From Mobula hypostoma (taxonomy: Eukaryota), in the NCBI RefSeq assembly GCF_963921235.1, contig NC_086097.1:218490001-218554000 (forward strand): a stretch of DNA of 64,000 bases. The letters are read 5' to 3'. Under the pieces are notes generated by a model. The model was given only the letters and a program-made list of their open reading frames with translations, did no database searches and was not told where the DNA came from. The position numbers were made by a program, and so were the translations under genes. Shown piece by piece: positions 1-13,000 of this stretch (position 1 is its first letter; each line of letters begins with the position of its first letter).

Positions 1-1826
1 AGGGTTTCTACCGTTATATTAATAGCAAAAGGATAGTGAGGGATAAAATTGGTCTTTTAGAGAATCAGAGTGGACGGCTATGTGTGGAGCCAAAAGAGAT
101 GGGGGAGATTTTGAACAATTTCTTCTCTTCGGTATTCACTAAGGAGAAGGATATTGAATTGTGTAAGGTAAGGAAAACAAGTAGGGTAGTTATGGAAACT
201 ATGATGATTTAAGAAGAGGAAGTACTGGCGCTTTAAAGGAATATAAAAGTGGATAAGTCTCCGGTCCTGACTGGATATTCCCTAGGACCTTGAGGGAGGT
301 TAATGTGGAAACAGCAGGGGCTCTGACAGAAATATTTCAAATGTCATTAGAAACGGGGATGGTGCCGGAGGATTGGTGTATTGTTCATGTTGTTCCATTG
401 TTTGAAAAAGGGTTCTAAGAGTAAACCTAGCAATTATCAGCCTGTGAGTTTGATATCAGTAGTGGGTAAATTGATGGAAAGTATTCTTAGGAATGGTATA
501 TATAATTATCTGGATAGACAGGGTCTGATTAGGAACAGTCAACATGGATTTGTGCGTGGAAAGTCATGTTTGACAAATCTTACTGAATTTTTTGAAGAGG
601 TTACTAGGAAAGTTGATGAGGGTAAAGTGGTGGATGTTATCTATATGGACTTCAGTGAGACCTTTAACAAGGTTGCACACGGAAGGTTAGTTAGGATGGT
701 TCAAACATTAGGCATTAATATCGAAGTAGTAAAATGGATTCAGCAGTGGCTGGACGGGAGATGCCAGAGAGTAGTGACGGATAACTGTTTGTTAGATTGG
801 AGGCTGGTGACTAGTGGTGTGACTCAGGGATCTGTACTGGGTCCAATGCTGTTTGTCATATATATGACTGATCTGGATGATGGGGTGGTAAATTGGATTC
901 GTAAATATGCAGATGATACTAAGATAGGTTGTGTTGTGGATAATGAAGTAGGTTTTCAAAGCTTGCAGAGAGACTTAGACAAGTTAGAAGAGTGGCCTGA
1001 AAGATGGCAGATGGAGTTTAATGCTGAAAAATGTGAGGTGCTACATTTTGGTAGGACTAATCAAAATAGGACATACATGGTAAATGGTTGAGCATTGAAG
1101 AATGCAGTAGAACAGAGGGATCTAGGAATAATGGTGCATAGTTCCCTAAAGGTGGAATCTCATGTGGATAGGGTGGTGAAGAAGGCTTTTGGTATGCTGG
1201 CCTTTATAAATCAGAGCATTGAGTATAGGAGTTGGGATGTAATGTTGAAATTGTACAAGGCATTGGTAAGGCCAAATTTGGTGTATTGTGTACAGTTGTG
1301 GTCACCAAATTATAGGAAAGATGTCAACAAAATAGGGAGAGTACAGAGAAGATTTACTAGAATGTTACCTGGGTTTCATCCCCTAAGTTACAGAGAGAGG
1401 TTGAATAAGTTGGGTCTTTATTCTTTGGAGCGTAGAAGGTTGAGAGGGGACTTGATAGAGGTATTTAAAGTTATGAGAGGGATAGATAGAGTTGACGTGG
1501 AAAGAGTTTTTCCATTGAGAGTGGGGGAGATTCAAACAAGAGGACATGAGTTGAGAGTTAAAGGGTAAAAGTTTAGGGGTAACATGAGGGGGAACTTCTT
1601 TACTCAGAGAGTGGTAGCAGTGTGGAACGAGCTTCCAGCAGAAGTGGTTGAGGCAGGTTCGATGTTGTCATTTAAAGTTAAATTGGACAGCTATATGGAC
1701 AGGAAAGGAATGGAGGGTTATGGGCTGAGTGCAAGTCGGTGGGACTAGTGAGAGTAAGAGTTCGTCACGGACTAGAAGGGCTGAGATGGCCTGTTTCCGT
1801 GCTGTAATTGTTATATGGTTATATAT
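1..1826 (+). mobile_element. CR1 LINE, ORF2 RT region plus 3' UTR, disrupted; runs off the window start
   Basis: ORFs 381-1091 and 1095-1568 carry CR1 motifs (NYQPVSL, QHGF, QGSVLGP, YADDTK, LERRRLRGDLIE) separated by stops; ends in gttatatggttatat. Confidence 0.93.
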
Positions 1827-2045
1827 CAAATCTTCTCAGACTCCTGATGAAGTATAGCTGAATATTAAGTATAGCTGCTGTCATGCCTTCTTTATGATTG
1901 CACCATTATGTTGGACTCAATACTGATCGTTCAGAATGTTGCCATCCAGGAACTTGAAGCAGCTCACTCTTTCAAGTGCTGATATCGACATTAGTCAATA
2001 TCCAAGTATATCAAACTGCAAAGTAAATTTTCGTGAAATAAAGAT

Positions 2046-2785
2046 TAAATTGAATTGAATTGACTTTATTTCTTACATCCTTCCGTACATAAGGAGTAAA
2101 AATCTTTACGTTATGTCTCTGTCTAAATGTGCAATCATAGTAATTTATAATAAATAGAACAGTCATTGTTACATAGAAGTGCACTCAAATCAGGATGAGT
2201 TACTCAGTCTGATGGTCTGGTGGAAGAAGCTGTCCCCAGAGCCTGTTGGTCCTGGCTTTTATGCTGCAATACTGTTTCCTGGATGGTAGCAGCTGGAATA
2301 GGTTGTGGTTAAGGTGACCCGAGTCGCTAGTGATCCTTTGGGCCCTTTTTACACACCTGTCCTTGTAAATGTCCTGAATAGTGGGAAGTTCACATCTACA
2401 GATGTGCTGGGCTGTCTGTACCACTCTCTGTAGAGTCCTGTGATTGAGGGAGGTACAATTCCCATACCAGGCAGTGATGCAGCCAGTCAGCATGCTCTCA
2501 GTTGTGCCCCTGTAGTAAGTTGTTAGGATTTGGGGGCTCATACCAAACCTCCTCAATCGTCTAAAGTGAAAGAGGCGCTGTTGTGCCTTTTTCACCACAC
2601 AGCTGGTGTGTACAGACCACGTGAGGTCCTTAGTGATGTGGATGCCGAGGAACTTAAAGCTGTTCACCCTCTCAACCCCAGTTCCATTGATGTCAATAGG
2701 GGTTAGCCCGTCTCCATTCCTCCTGTAATCCACAACCAGCTCCTGTGTTTCTGCAACATTGAACTCCTTTGTTTTTGTATATTGT
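2046..2785 (-). mobile_element. Rex1/Babar-like LINE 3' fragment
   Basis: ORF 2200-2733 reads FKFLGIHIT..KKAQQRLFH.RRLRRFG..LTGCITAWYGNC..LQRVV; (TCAAT)n tail at ~2048-2063. Confidence 0.8.
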
Positions 2786-5271
2786 TAAATTGTAACTATA
2801 AAGTAGCAGGAAGCAATCAAAAAGTAAATATCAAAACACTTAAAAAGGCTATTCTGGAGCTCAGCATCTTAAATGAATAATATCACAGAGGACTGATGCA
2901 GAAGAACTGAAAATGAGAGGATCTAGCCAGTCCCTGTTCTTTCCTTATCTACAGTGTTTACTGAAAGATGACTTTCACCTAAGGTGAGACAAACTTAGAT
3001 GACACAATCAGGCTGAGCGCTGTGACAGGGTAAGTTGGCTGAATGTGTAACTGAAAACCAAGTCTGAGTAAACTGGGTCCAATTTTGCATTGATCTGAGG
3101 AACAAATTAATCACCATAGCTAGGAATTAATGTATAATTGTACTTAATTTATCCCATAATGTTTCCTTTTACCACCAGATAAAGAAACGTTACTTGCCTG
3201 AAAATTGGACTAAGTGGATGCTGCACAGAGCCCAAACATGAAATCCAAAAGTCAGAAGTAAATTCTGAAACCAAGACATCCTTGCCATGAGAAAGTATTT
3301 GTGACTTCTGACCTTTGGGAAGCTTTACCTCCCTATTTCGCAAATGGCAGCTTCATTTGTCAGATGACACCAGAAAATTTAAAGCAATTTCTTCATGGCA
3401 TTCCTGGATGTGACATTTGGAGAAACTCATGGAAAAAAGTTGAGAAGGGTGAGGGTATAACAGTGCATGGTCTCCCTGACTATAGCAGCACTGATCGTGC
3501 CTAATAGTCATGTGTGGTGCTGGGGCTGGTAGTTTTGCTCTGGCATTGTGTTGACAGCTTGATGGATATGAGAGGTGCATTTAATAATTCACAGAAGCTT
3601 TGATCTTCACGTGACTACTATCACTGTTTCTTTTTAAAATTAAAAAGTACAGGGTTGATTTTTTTTTAAACAATGTTCTGGAGTTACTTTAACTTGCTCA
3701 TAGTTCATGACTTTTGGCCAGATGTAACACTTAATATAAATTTGTTTATTAAAGTCATAGCTCGTGAAGTTTTCAAATTTCAAAGATTCTGAGATTCACA
3801 GATTCAAGGTCCTGGCTTCCTGGCCTTCATGCTACACGGTTTGCTTGCTGCCTCATGGAACCCTCTTGGAGACGGCAAAGCGCCAGTTCGCTTAATCAGC
3901 CAAAAAACACACCGCCAGAATGTAGATAACAGGCTCCAACAGTAGAAGAATCACATCTGAAATAAAAAGATGTAAAAGAAGTGAAAGGAATTGCTTCTTG
4001 GGGTTGCACCCTTGGTAGCATTGTTTCCTGATGCCACCTTCCTCTGGAAGAATAACAATTTTGACACAGCTTCTGTCATGAAGTAATTAATATAAGGTGT
4101 CCATACATAGTGTACGTAATGACATTTATCACAGATATGAAACTGAAGTTAGGATAAATTCTGGAAAAGTGCCTGGTTCAGTTTTCCAGCGGATGGGATT
4201 TTAAGAGGAAGCCGGCTCATTGTTTAAGAATGGGTGCAAAATGCATTTTCAGGTGTTATTTTACACACAGAAATCATGGAAATGGTACAATTTATGGGCC
4301 TTTCTTAAAATAAGGTCATATTCAATATTGTCAATCGCTTATCTTGTACAATTTTCAGATATTTCTATAGAAGTGCTTAAAATATTTTTTGGATTTAGAA
4401 TTATTGAATCATTCTACAAAATCAAACTGTTTTGCCCACCTACTTTAATGACTCTTTCATAGACAGAACATATTTATTACTTACTCTCTTGTTTAATCCC
4501 TATTTATTTTCAAGCAAACTTCTAAATCCCTGAAAATCCTTGTGGGCTCTGCTTCTTCACTGATCTGTATTTTTAAAAAATATACCTTTTAACCATACTC
4601 ATTAGAGGTAATTAAAGGACAATTTGGAAAAAAATATTATTTTGTATATTTAGGTTATTTAAAGGAAAATGTAATGATAAGATCCAAAACATAAACTGTT
4701 TATTCCACTTCGTAGATGCTGCTTGTCCAGCTGAGTTTCTCCAGCACTTTGTATGCATTCACTATTGCCAGCATCTGCAGAATCTCTTGTTTTATGACCA
4801 CAGAATTGCCCAGAAGTACTGGGATCAAAGGGTTAGTTAGTTCTAGGCAAAAGTTTGGAGAGGAAAATGGACTCTCCTATCTGCTGAGCTTTTGAAGTTC
4901 TTCTTCAAAATGTCAGAGATGGGTCTGCAAATAGAGTAATGTAACATAATGCATTTGATGCATTTTCCTCATTTAGTGTATATCACTAGGATGTTAGGAA
5001 TATCAGTGAACTATTGGTGCAGCTGTAGATGAAAACATTTTAAATACAAAATTTGTCATTGCAATGTAGTTGCTAGATAGGATTTCCTTCGCTATCAGAA
5101 GAAAATCTGCTTCCTTTGAGCACAGTTTTTAATTCTTAAAGGCTGCTAAATTAAAGAGCATAACAAATTACCTTCAAGCTCACCTATATCCTGCCCCATG
5201 ATAGAATTATTTCTCATGCATATATTCATGAGAAAATAGTCTATTTTACCCTTGGGCCTCTGAGACAAAGA

Positions 5272-5965
5272 TAATAAGACCATAAGATATTGGAGCAGAA
5301 TTAGGACATTCAGCCCATTGTGTCAGCTTCGCCATTTCATCATTTTCCCCCTCAGCCTCAGTCTCCTCTCTGCAGCCCTTCATGACCTGACTAAACCTCC
5401 GCTTTAAATATATCCAATGACTTTGCCTCCACAGCCACCCGTGGCAATGAATTCCACATATTCAGTATTCTCCAGCTAAAGAAATGTCTCCTCATCTCCA
5501 TTCTAAAAGGAAGCCCCTCTAATCTGAGGCTGTGTCCTCTGGTCTTAGACTGCCCCACCATAGGAAACATCCTCTTCACATCCACCCTATCAACACCTTT
5601 CAACATGCACTAGGTTTCAATGAGATCACCCCTCATTCTTTTGAATTCCAGTAAGTAGAGGCTCAGAGCCATCAAACACCCCTCATGTGACAAACCTTTC
5701 AATCCTGGAATCATTTTCGTAAACCCCCTTTGAACCCCCTCCAGTTTCAGCACACCATTTCTTAGATAAGGGGCCCAAAACTTCTCACAATACCCTGTGA
5801 GAAAAAATCCTCAACATCCTTGCTTTTATGTTCAAGTCCTCTGTTATGAATGCTAACATTGTATTTGCCTTCCTCACCACCAACTCAATATGCAAATTAA
5901 TCTTTAGGGGTTTCTGCACGAGGACTCCCAAATCCCTTTGCACCTCTGATTTTTGAATTTTCGCT
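5272..5965 (-). mobile_element. CR1 LINE 3' fragment
   Basis: ORFs MLKGVDRVDV..GHSLRL and VQRDLGVLV; tcttatgg-type 3' tail. Confidence 0.85.
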
Positions 5966-6274
5966 CCAGACCTGAAAAGCACATTAAAGTAAATTAATTA
6001 AACACTTTAATTGAAATACTGTATATGAATATAATATAGGAAAAGACAATTAAGTAGATAGCTCCATATAAAGAGTTAATATAGTGAGCTGAATGTTGTG
6101 AATCTTTATGAATTTTATTGAAATACAGTCTGCACTTTTGCACAAAAAGCAATTTATGTCTTGAAATTCCAATGCTAACATGAGTTAATTGACAAAATAT
6201 TTGGCATCCTTTACTTCCAAAGTATGTTTCGCAAATCAATTTCCGACTTAAAGTAGTGTTGTTTGATGTTTCAC

Positions 6275-7175
6275 AGAGTTCACAGCACAGAAACAGGGCC
6301 TTTGGTCCAACGTCTACAGCGGCCAAGATACCATTTGTATTTATTTGGACCATATCCCTTGATATCTTTTCTATCTGTGTACTTGTTCAAATCTCTTTTA
6401 AATATTTTAAATTTTAAATTGTATATGTCTTCACCACTTCTGGCAGCTCGTTCCATATGCCTATCACACTCTTTATGAGAAACTGGCTTTCAGGTCCTCA
6501 CCCATTCACTTTACCTATGCCTTGTTGTGTTAGACTCCCCTACAACTGAGAAAAAGACTGACAATGTACCCTATCGATTTCACTGATAATTTTAGAAACC
6601 TCTAGAAGGTAACCCCTTAGTCTCCTTTGCTCCTGGCAAAGCAGTTCTTATAATTGAGGCCTTCCTGTCCAGCTTACATTTCTGTAAATCTTTTCTCGTG
6701 CCTCTCTAAATAAATCACATCTTTTTTATGGTGTGGTGACCTGAACCATGCACAGTACTCCAAATGTGGCCTTTTCGATGATTTGCACAACTGTAATATG
6801 ACATTCCAGCATTCAATACAGAATGCTTCAGCTGATGAAGGCTGACTTACCATATGCCTTCTTCAGCACCGTGTCCTGTGGTGTCACTATTTCAGAGACT
6901 ATGTACTTGTACTTCTCTAAACAACCTTCTTCATTGCCCATTATATTATTTAGATGTCATCTGCAAACCTATATTCGCTTTCATCATATATGGTACAAGG
7001 AAGGACCCATGACTAGGTCCTGCAGTGCACCATTGGTTACAGGGCTCCTATCTGAAAAGAAACCCTTCTCAGCCAATATTGTGTCCAATTTACCATGTCA
7101 CACTGAATCCCATGTAATCCAACATTCTTGAACAGCCTGCTATGCAAGACCTTGTGAAATGCCTTGCTGAAGTAA
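6275..7175 (-). mobile_element. Old, degraded CR1 fragment
   Basis: Reverse-complement CR1 RT and 3' UTR motifs, e.g. cacagtactccaaatgtgg and caagaccttgtgaaatgcc. Confidence 0.6.
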
Positions 7176-7544
7176 CGTAGTAATCCAAGTCATAGACTAT
7201 ACTTTTGATAACCATTGACCATTCATGAAATAAAAACTCTGGATTGAAATCAATGATGCACTTTATTATGCAATCAAGTCCAAAATCAGAATTAATTTTG
7301 TATTATCATTGACATATGATGTGAAATTGTGGCAGCAGTACATTGTAAAAACACAAATAAATAATGCAGAAAAGAGATATAATGTAGGGTTCATTGTTTA
7401 TTGACCATTCAGAAGTCTATGGTGGAAAAGAAGAAGCTGTTCCTAAATCATCGAGTGTGGGTTCTCGTGCTCCTGTACCTCCTCTCTGATGGTAGGAATG
7501 AGAAGAGGGCATGTAACATTTATTCAAGGTCTTAATATTGGATC

Positions 7545-8950
7545 ACAAACAAGAGAAAATCTGCAGATGCTGGAAATCTGAGCAACACACAGAAAATGCT
7601 GGAGGAACTCAGCAGGCCAGGCAGCATCAAGAAAAAGAGTACAGTTGATCTTTTGGACCAAAACCCTTCGGCCAGACTGGAGAAAAAAGCTGAGGAGTAG
7701 ATTTAAAAGATGGGGGGAGGGGAGAGAGAAACACAAAGTGATAAGTAAACTTGGAGGGGGAAGGGTGAAGTAAAGACCACGAAGTTGGTTGGTAAAGAGA
7801 CAGAAGGCCATGGAAGGAAGGTAAAGGGGGGAGGAGCACCAGAAGGAGACAACGGGTGGGCAAGTGGAAAAGGTGAGAGAGGGAAAAGGGGATGGGAAAT
7901 GGTGAAGGGGGTGGGGGGCCTTACTGGAAGTTTGAGAAATCGAGGTTCATCCCATCAGGTTGGAGGTTACCCAAACAGAATATAAGGTATTATTCCTCCA
8001 ACCTAAGTGTGGCCTTATCACGACAGTGGAGGAGGCCATGGATGGAGATATTGGAATGGGAATGGGAAGTGGAATTAAAATGGGTTGCCACTGGGAGATC
8101 CCGCTTTTTCTAGCGGATGGAACTTAGGTGCTCGGTGAAACGGTCTCCCAAGCTACATCAGGTCTCACCGATATACAGGAGGTCACACCGGGAGCACCAA
8201 ACACAGTATATGACCCCAGAGACTCACAGGCGAAGTGTTGCCTCACCTGGAAGGACTGTTTAGGGCCCCAAATGGTAGTGAGGAAGGAGGTGTAGTGGCA
8301 GGTGTAGCACATGTTCCGCTTGCAAGGATCAGTACCAGGAGGGAGATCAGTGTGGAGGGACGAATGGACAAGAGGGAATGATCCCTGCAGAAAGCAGAGG
8401 GTGGAGGGTAGGGACAGATATGCTTGGTGGTGGGATCCCACTGGAGGTGGTAGAGCTTTCAGTAAGTTATAAGCTGGATGCAAGGCTGGTGGGGCAGGAG
8501 GTGAGGACAAGAGGAACTCTATCCCTGGTAGGGTGGTGGGTGGAGAAGTAAGAGCAGACATGCGTGAAATGGAAGACCATAAGACCATAAGATTTAGGAG
8601 CAGAAGTAGGCCATTCAGCCCATTGAGTCTGCTCCGCCATTCAGTCATGGGTTGATCCAATTCTTCCAGTCATCCCCACTCCCCTGCTTTCACCCCACAC
8701 CCTTTGATGCCCTGGCTAATCAAGAACCTATCTATCTCTGCCCTAAGTACACCCAATAACTTGGCCTCCACAGCTGCTTGTGGCAACAAATTCCACAGGA
8801 AAAGATGCATTTGAGGGCAAGGTTGATGGTGGAGAAAGGGACATCTCCTTCATTCTGGAATGAAAGGTCTCATCCTGAGAGCAAATGAGGCGGAGACAGA
8901 GGAATTGAGAGAAGGGGATGGCATTTTTATAAGTAATGGGGTGGGAACTT
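7545..8950 (-). mobile_element. Penelope-like retroelement 3' part: RT C-terminus, GIY-YIG endonuclease remnant and pLTR
   Basis: Minus strand translates to HPITYKNAIPFSQFLCLRLICSQDETF and GVIYCVWCSRCDLLYIGET*CSLGDRFTEHL (VIY..YIG at ~8167-8214), with a stop and a frameshift. Decayed hammerhead at 7641-7680. Terminus matches the palindromic elements. Confidence 0.88.
8573..8797 (-). mobile_element. CR1 3' tail nested in the Penelope element
   Basis: gaccataagaccataag tail plus CR1 3' UTR interrupting the PLE sequence. Confidence 0.8.
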
Positions 8951-9169
8951 GTTGGGATTTGGGGATAAGGGTGTGTTTGGGGAGGAAGTGATCTATGATA
9001 ATAGATTAAGCAGCATTGCTCTATTCTTGAACTTGGAAGAATGAGAGGTGATCTCACCAAAATTTTCAAAATCCTTATTGTCTAGAACAAAATTTTGTTT
9101 AGAAATTTTCAAGAAATAATCTTCAAATATGGAATCGGCCATGAGATGGGAAGAAAGTACTGTGTACTG

Positions 9170-10465
9170 TACTGTGTATGGTGTACTGCGTTCCGATCTG
9201 GTCACTTCATTATAGGATGCTATTGAGAGAGTGCAGAGGAGATTTGCAAGGATGTTGCCTGGACTGGAGAGCATGACTTATGAGAAGAGGTTGAGTGAAC
9301 TTGGCCTTTTCTCCTTAGAGCAATGGAGGATGAGAGGTGACCTGATAGAGGTGTGTAAGATGATGAGAGGCATTGATTGTGTGGATAGCCAGAGGCTTTT
9401 TTCCCAGGGCTGAAATGGCTAATACGAGGGGGTATAGTTTTAAGGTGCTTGGAAGTAGGTATAAGGGGGATATCAGAGATAAGTTTTTCACACAGAGAGT
9501 GGAATGCACAGCAAAGGTGGTGGAGGTGGATACAATAGGGTCTTTTAAAAGTCTCTTAGGTACATGGAGCTTAGTAAAATAAGGGGCTATGTAGTAGGGA
9601 AATTCCAGGCAGCTTCTAGAGTAGGTTACATGGTTGGCACAACGTGGTGGGCCGAAGAGCCTGTAATGTGCTGTAGATTTCTATGTTCTATGTTCTAAGT
9701 CTGTTCACCCAGAGGACTGGGAACATTTGGAGTAAACTATCCAAGAAGGTTATGGAGATTCAGTCAGTGAGCATATTTCAAGGAAAAGCAAGGCATTTGA
9801 TAAGGTACCCCATGCAAGGCTTATTGAGAAAGTAAGGAGGCATGGGATCCAAGGGGACATTGCTTTGTGGCTCCAGAACTGGTTTGCTCACAGAAGGCAA
9901 AGAGTGGTTGTAGACAGGTCATATTCTGCATGGAGGTCGATGACCAGTGGTGTGCCTCAGAGATCTGTTCTGGGACCCTTACTCTTCGTGATTTTTATAA
10001 ATGACCTGGATGAGGAAGTGGAGAGATGGGTTAATAAGTTTGCTGATGACACAAAGGTTGGGTGTGCTGTGGATAGTGTGGTGGGCTGTCAGAGGTTACA
10101 GCAGGACATTGATAGGATGCAAAACTGGGCTGAGAAGTGGTAGATGGAGTTCAACCCAGGTAAGTGTGAAGTGGTTCATTTTGGTAGGTCAAATATGATG
10201 GCAGAATATAGTATTAATGGTAAGACTCTTGACAGTGTGGAGGATCAGAGGGACCAGAACTGAACACAGTACTCCAAGTGGGGCCTGACCAGGGTCCTAT
10301 ATAGCTGCAACACTACCTCTCAGCTCCTAAATTCAATTCCATGATTGATAAAGGCCAATACACCTTATGCCTTCTTAACACAGAGTCAACCTGTGCAGCT
10401 GCTTTGAGTGTCCAATGGACTTGGACCCCAAGGTCCCTCTGATCTGCCACACTACCAAGAGTCTT
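9170..10465 (+). mobile_element. Cluster of CR1 fragments (+ 9170-9697, + 9790-10253, - 10253-10465)
   Basis: ORFs QRRFARMLPGL and FADDTKVG; ttctatg tail at ~9680-9697; strand switch at ~10253. Confidence 0.82.
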
Positions 10466-10469
10466 AGCT

Positions 10470-10850
10470 ATCTCAGCCTGGTTTGGCTCTACTGCACAGG
10501 ATCACAAGAAGCCTCAGATGGTTATAGAGTCATCCAGCTCCATCGTGGGCACTACTCTACCTACCATCGAAGACAACTTCAAAGGCAGTGCCTCAGTAAG
10601 ATGGCATCCAACATTAAGGACCATTAACATCTGGGTCATGCTGTCTTATTATTACTATTAGGGAGGAGATACAGGAGCCTGAAGATTCCCTCTACCATCA
10701 GATTTACGAATACCTCCCTATTCCTTTTTTTGCACTATTTATTTAAGTTTTGTAACTTATAGTAATTTTTATGCTTTGCATTGTACTGCTGCCACAAAAC
10801 AACAAAATTCATATCTTATAAGACAGTGATGATGAACCTGATTCTGATTC
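10470..10850 (+). mobile_element. Rex1/Babar-like 3' fragment
   Basis: Degenerate ORF end followed by a ctgattctgattc tail. Confidence 0.6.
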
Positions 10851-10929
10851 AGAAGAAGCCCAAGTTCTTATTTCCTATTTCTTGAGAGAGGAATCAAAGT
10901 GGATTTAATTCCATGGTTGTCGATAAACA

Positions 10930-11395
10930 ACGATTGAACGGCTCATCATATGATGAATGTTTGATGGCTCCGGGACTGTATTCACTAGAATTCAGAAGAA
11001 TGAGGGGTGATCTAATTGAAACCGATTGAATGGTGAAAGACGTTGATGAAGAGGATGTGGAGAGAATGTTTCTTATGGTGAGAGAGTCTAAGACCAGAGG
11101 GCACAACCTCAGAATAGATGGTGTGTCATTTTAGAATGGAGATGCAGAGGAATTTCTTTAGTCAGAGAGTGGATAATCTGTGGTATTCTTTGTCACGGGC
11201 AGCTGTGGAGGCCAAGTCTTTATGTATATTTAAGGCAGAGCTTGACAGATTTTTGATTGGTCAGGGCATGAAGGGATACTGGGAGAAGATTTGGGGTGAG
11301 TGGAAAATTGGATCAGCCATGATGTAATGGCAGAGCAGACTCGATGGGTCAAATGGCCAAATTCTGCTCCTATAACTTATGGTCTTGTGGTCTAA
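10930..11395 (+). mobile_element. CR1 3' fragment
   Basis: RNFFSQRV motif, CR1 3' UTR, cttatggtcttgtgg tail. Confidence 0.82.
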
Positions 11396-11820
11396 CTGTC
11401 TGCTGTCTTGGTTGGTAGCTGAGTGGGTAAATTACAGTGTAGTTTCTGTTTGTCTCAAGACACAATGGACATTAACTTCACAATTTGCAGAGAAATGCAG
11501 GTAACAGAAATAACAAATGTTCAGGATCTTATTAGACATCGCTTAATGCTTTGACTCAAATTTGCCTGCCCACAGGAATTTGTCTCCATTGTACTTTGAC
11601 TTTATAATAGGTGTGAGTCTTGTTCCTAATTAGTGGACACACAAGAAATTTAACATCAGAGTGGACTGCTGCAAGGAAGGCTACGAGTTTGACTCAATAT
11701 CTTTTCTCAATATTTCATTCTGCATTGTTGCATTTAATTTCTGGTAGATCTCTGACTGGAGTGGAGGTAACGTACAGGACTAATGGGAATCTTTTCCAAA
11801 CCTGTAACTTCTCTAATCTT

Positions 11821-12059
11821 GCAAACACGAGGAAATCTGCAGATGCTGGAATTTCAAGCAACACACATAAAAGTTGCTGGTGAACGCAGCAGGCCAGGCA
11901 GCATCTCTAGGAAGAGGTACAGTCGACATTTCGGGCCGAGACCCTTCGTCAGGACTTCGTCTAGTCCTGACGAAGGGTCTCGGCCCGAAATGTCGACTGT
12001 ACCTCTTCCTAGAGATGCTGCCTGGCCTGCTGCGTTCACCAGCAACTTTTTTGTGTGTT
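11821..12059. mobile_element. Penelope-derived palindromic insertion (inverted pLTR)
   Basis: 97 bp inverted arms at 11860-11956 and 11963-12059 (1 mismatch), 6 nt loop; 14 bp TSD acttctctaa[t/c]ctt at 11807-11820 and 12060-12073. Confidence 0.9.
11963..11998 (+). ncRNA. Minimal type I hammerhead ribozyme motif (mirror copy on - strand at 11921-11956)
   Basis: AGUC-CUGACGA-A-GGG-UCUCGG-CCC-GAAA-UGUC-GACU: stem I AGUC/GACU, core CUGANGA and GAAA, stem II GGG/CCC, predicted GUC cleavage after 11994. Confidence 0.72.
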
Positions 12060-12099
12060 ACTTCTCTAACCTTAGTGGTTGTGCTTCAGTATGCAGGAA

Positions 12100-12440
12100 T
12101 GTCTCATGGATGCACATTCACGCACTGAAATCCAAGCCATTGTTGGCCCATTCACTGAAGAAAATGAGAGAATCAGCCTTATTCCAAACATCTGCCAAAC
12201 AAAGATCCAGTACCAACTTGCTCCCACAGTCCAGCACTGCCCAGTGACACCAAGATGCCCTGAGTAGCCCTGGCAGCATAGAACACTTCCCATATTTGAG
12301 AAGGCACCTCACAAAGGCAGGTGGTGGTTGTTCTTGTGTGCAGAGCCTTCGGCTGTCCAAAGAAAAGAGTGTTTGAAGATCAAGACCTCAAACCTAGACC
12401 AAAACTCATGGTTTCCTGGCCTACCCAGAGAGCTACCTTC
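12100..12440 (+). mobile_element. Old RTE-clade RT remnant
   Basis: AHSRTEIQAIV..F.E..ERISL..NI..TK, plus HFPYL- and KRVFEDQDL-like segments. Confidence 0.5.
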
Positions 12441-12884
12441 AGGTCCATGTATCAGAGTAAATAGCGAAAGATGTACATCAGCTCCAGCAATTTCCTACCA
12501 ATAGCTCTATGTAACTATTTTCACCAGAAAGGTAATGGCAGATCCAGAAATCACATCTCCACCACCTTACCAAGGGCAATCAATGCTAGTATTGCCAATG
12601 ATACCCAGAAACTGAACATTGAATGACCAAAAGCACATCCTGCTCCACATATGGACAAATCTACAAGTCTACATTGCCTTTATTGGTCATGTCAGAATGC
12701 ACAAAACCAGAGTGAATGAAACCATCGTTAAACTCAAGAGACTGCCTCAGAATAAGAAGTAATCTCACCCATATGAACATAGTCAAAGCAATATATTTTA
12801 CCATTGAAGCATTAGAGCACTCACTCAATTCTCAAATTTATACACTCTCCAAGAAAAAAATGGATAGAACTCATTTACATTATA

Positions 12885-13000
12885 TAGAACATAGAATAGT
12901 ACAGCACATTACAGGCCCTTCGGCCCACAATGTTGTGCCGACCCTCAAACCCTGCCTCCCATATAACCCCCCACCTTAAATTCCTCCATATACCTGCATA
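12885..13000 (-). mobile_element. Young CR1 3' tail, same family as 39500-41290
   Basis: Near-identical to 39503-39615 (tagaacatagaatagtacagcac...accctcaaaccctgcctcccatataa). Confidence 0.85.

Noticed and set aside
7641..7680. Active hammerheads in older Penelope copies (also ~19055-19093)
   Set aside because: Core CUGANGA and GAAA residues are mutated.
11854..12128. Mirror-image ORFs MLVNAAGQAAS... on both strands (also 51940-52170)
   Set aside because: An artefact of the palindrome; no splice context or protein family signal.
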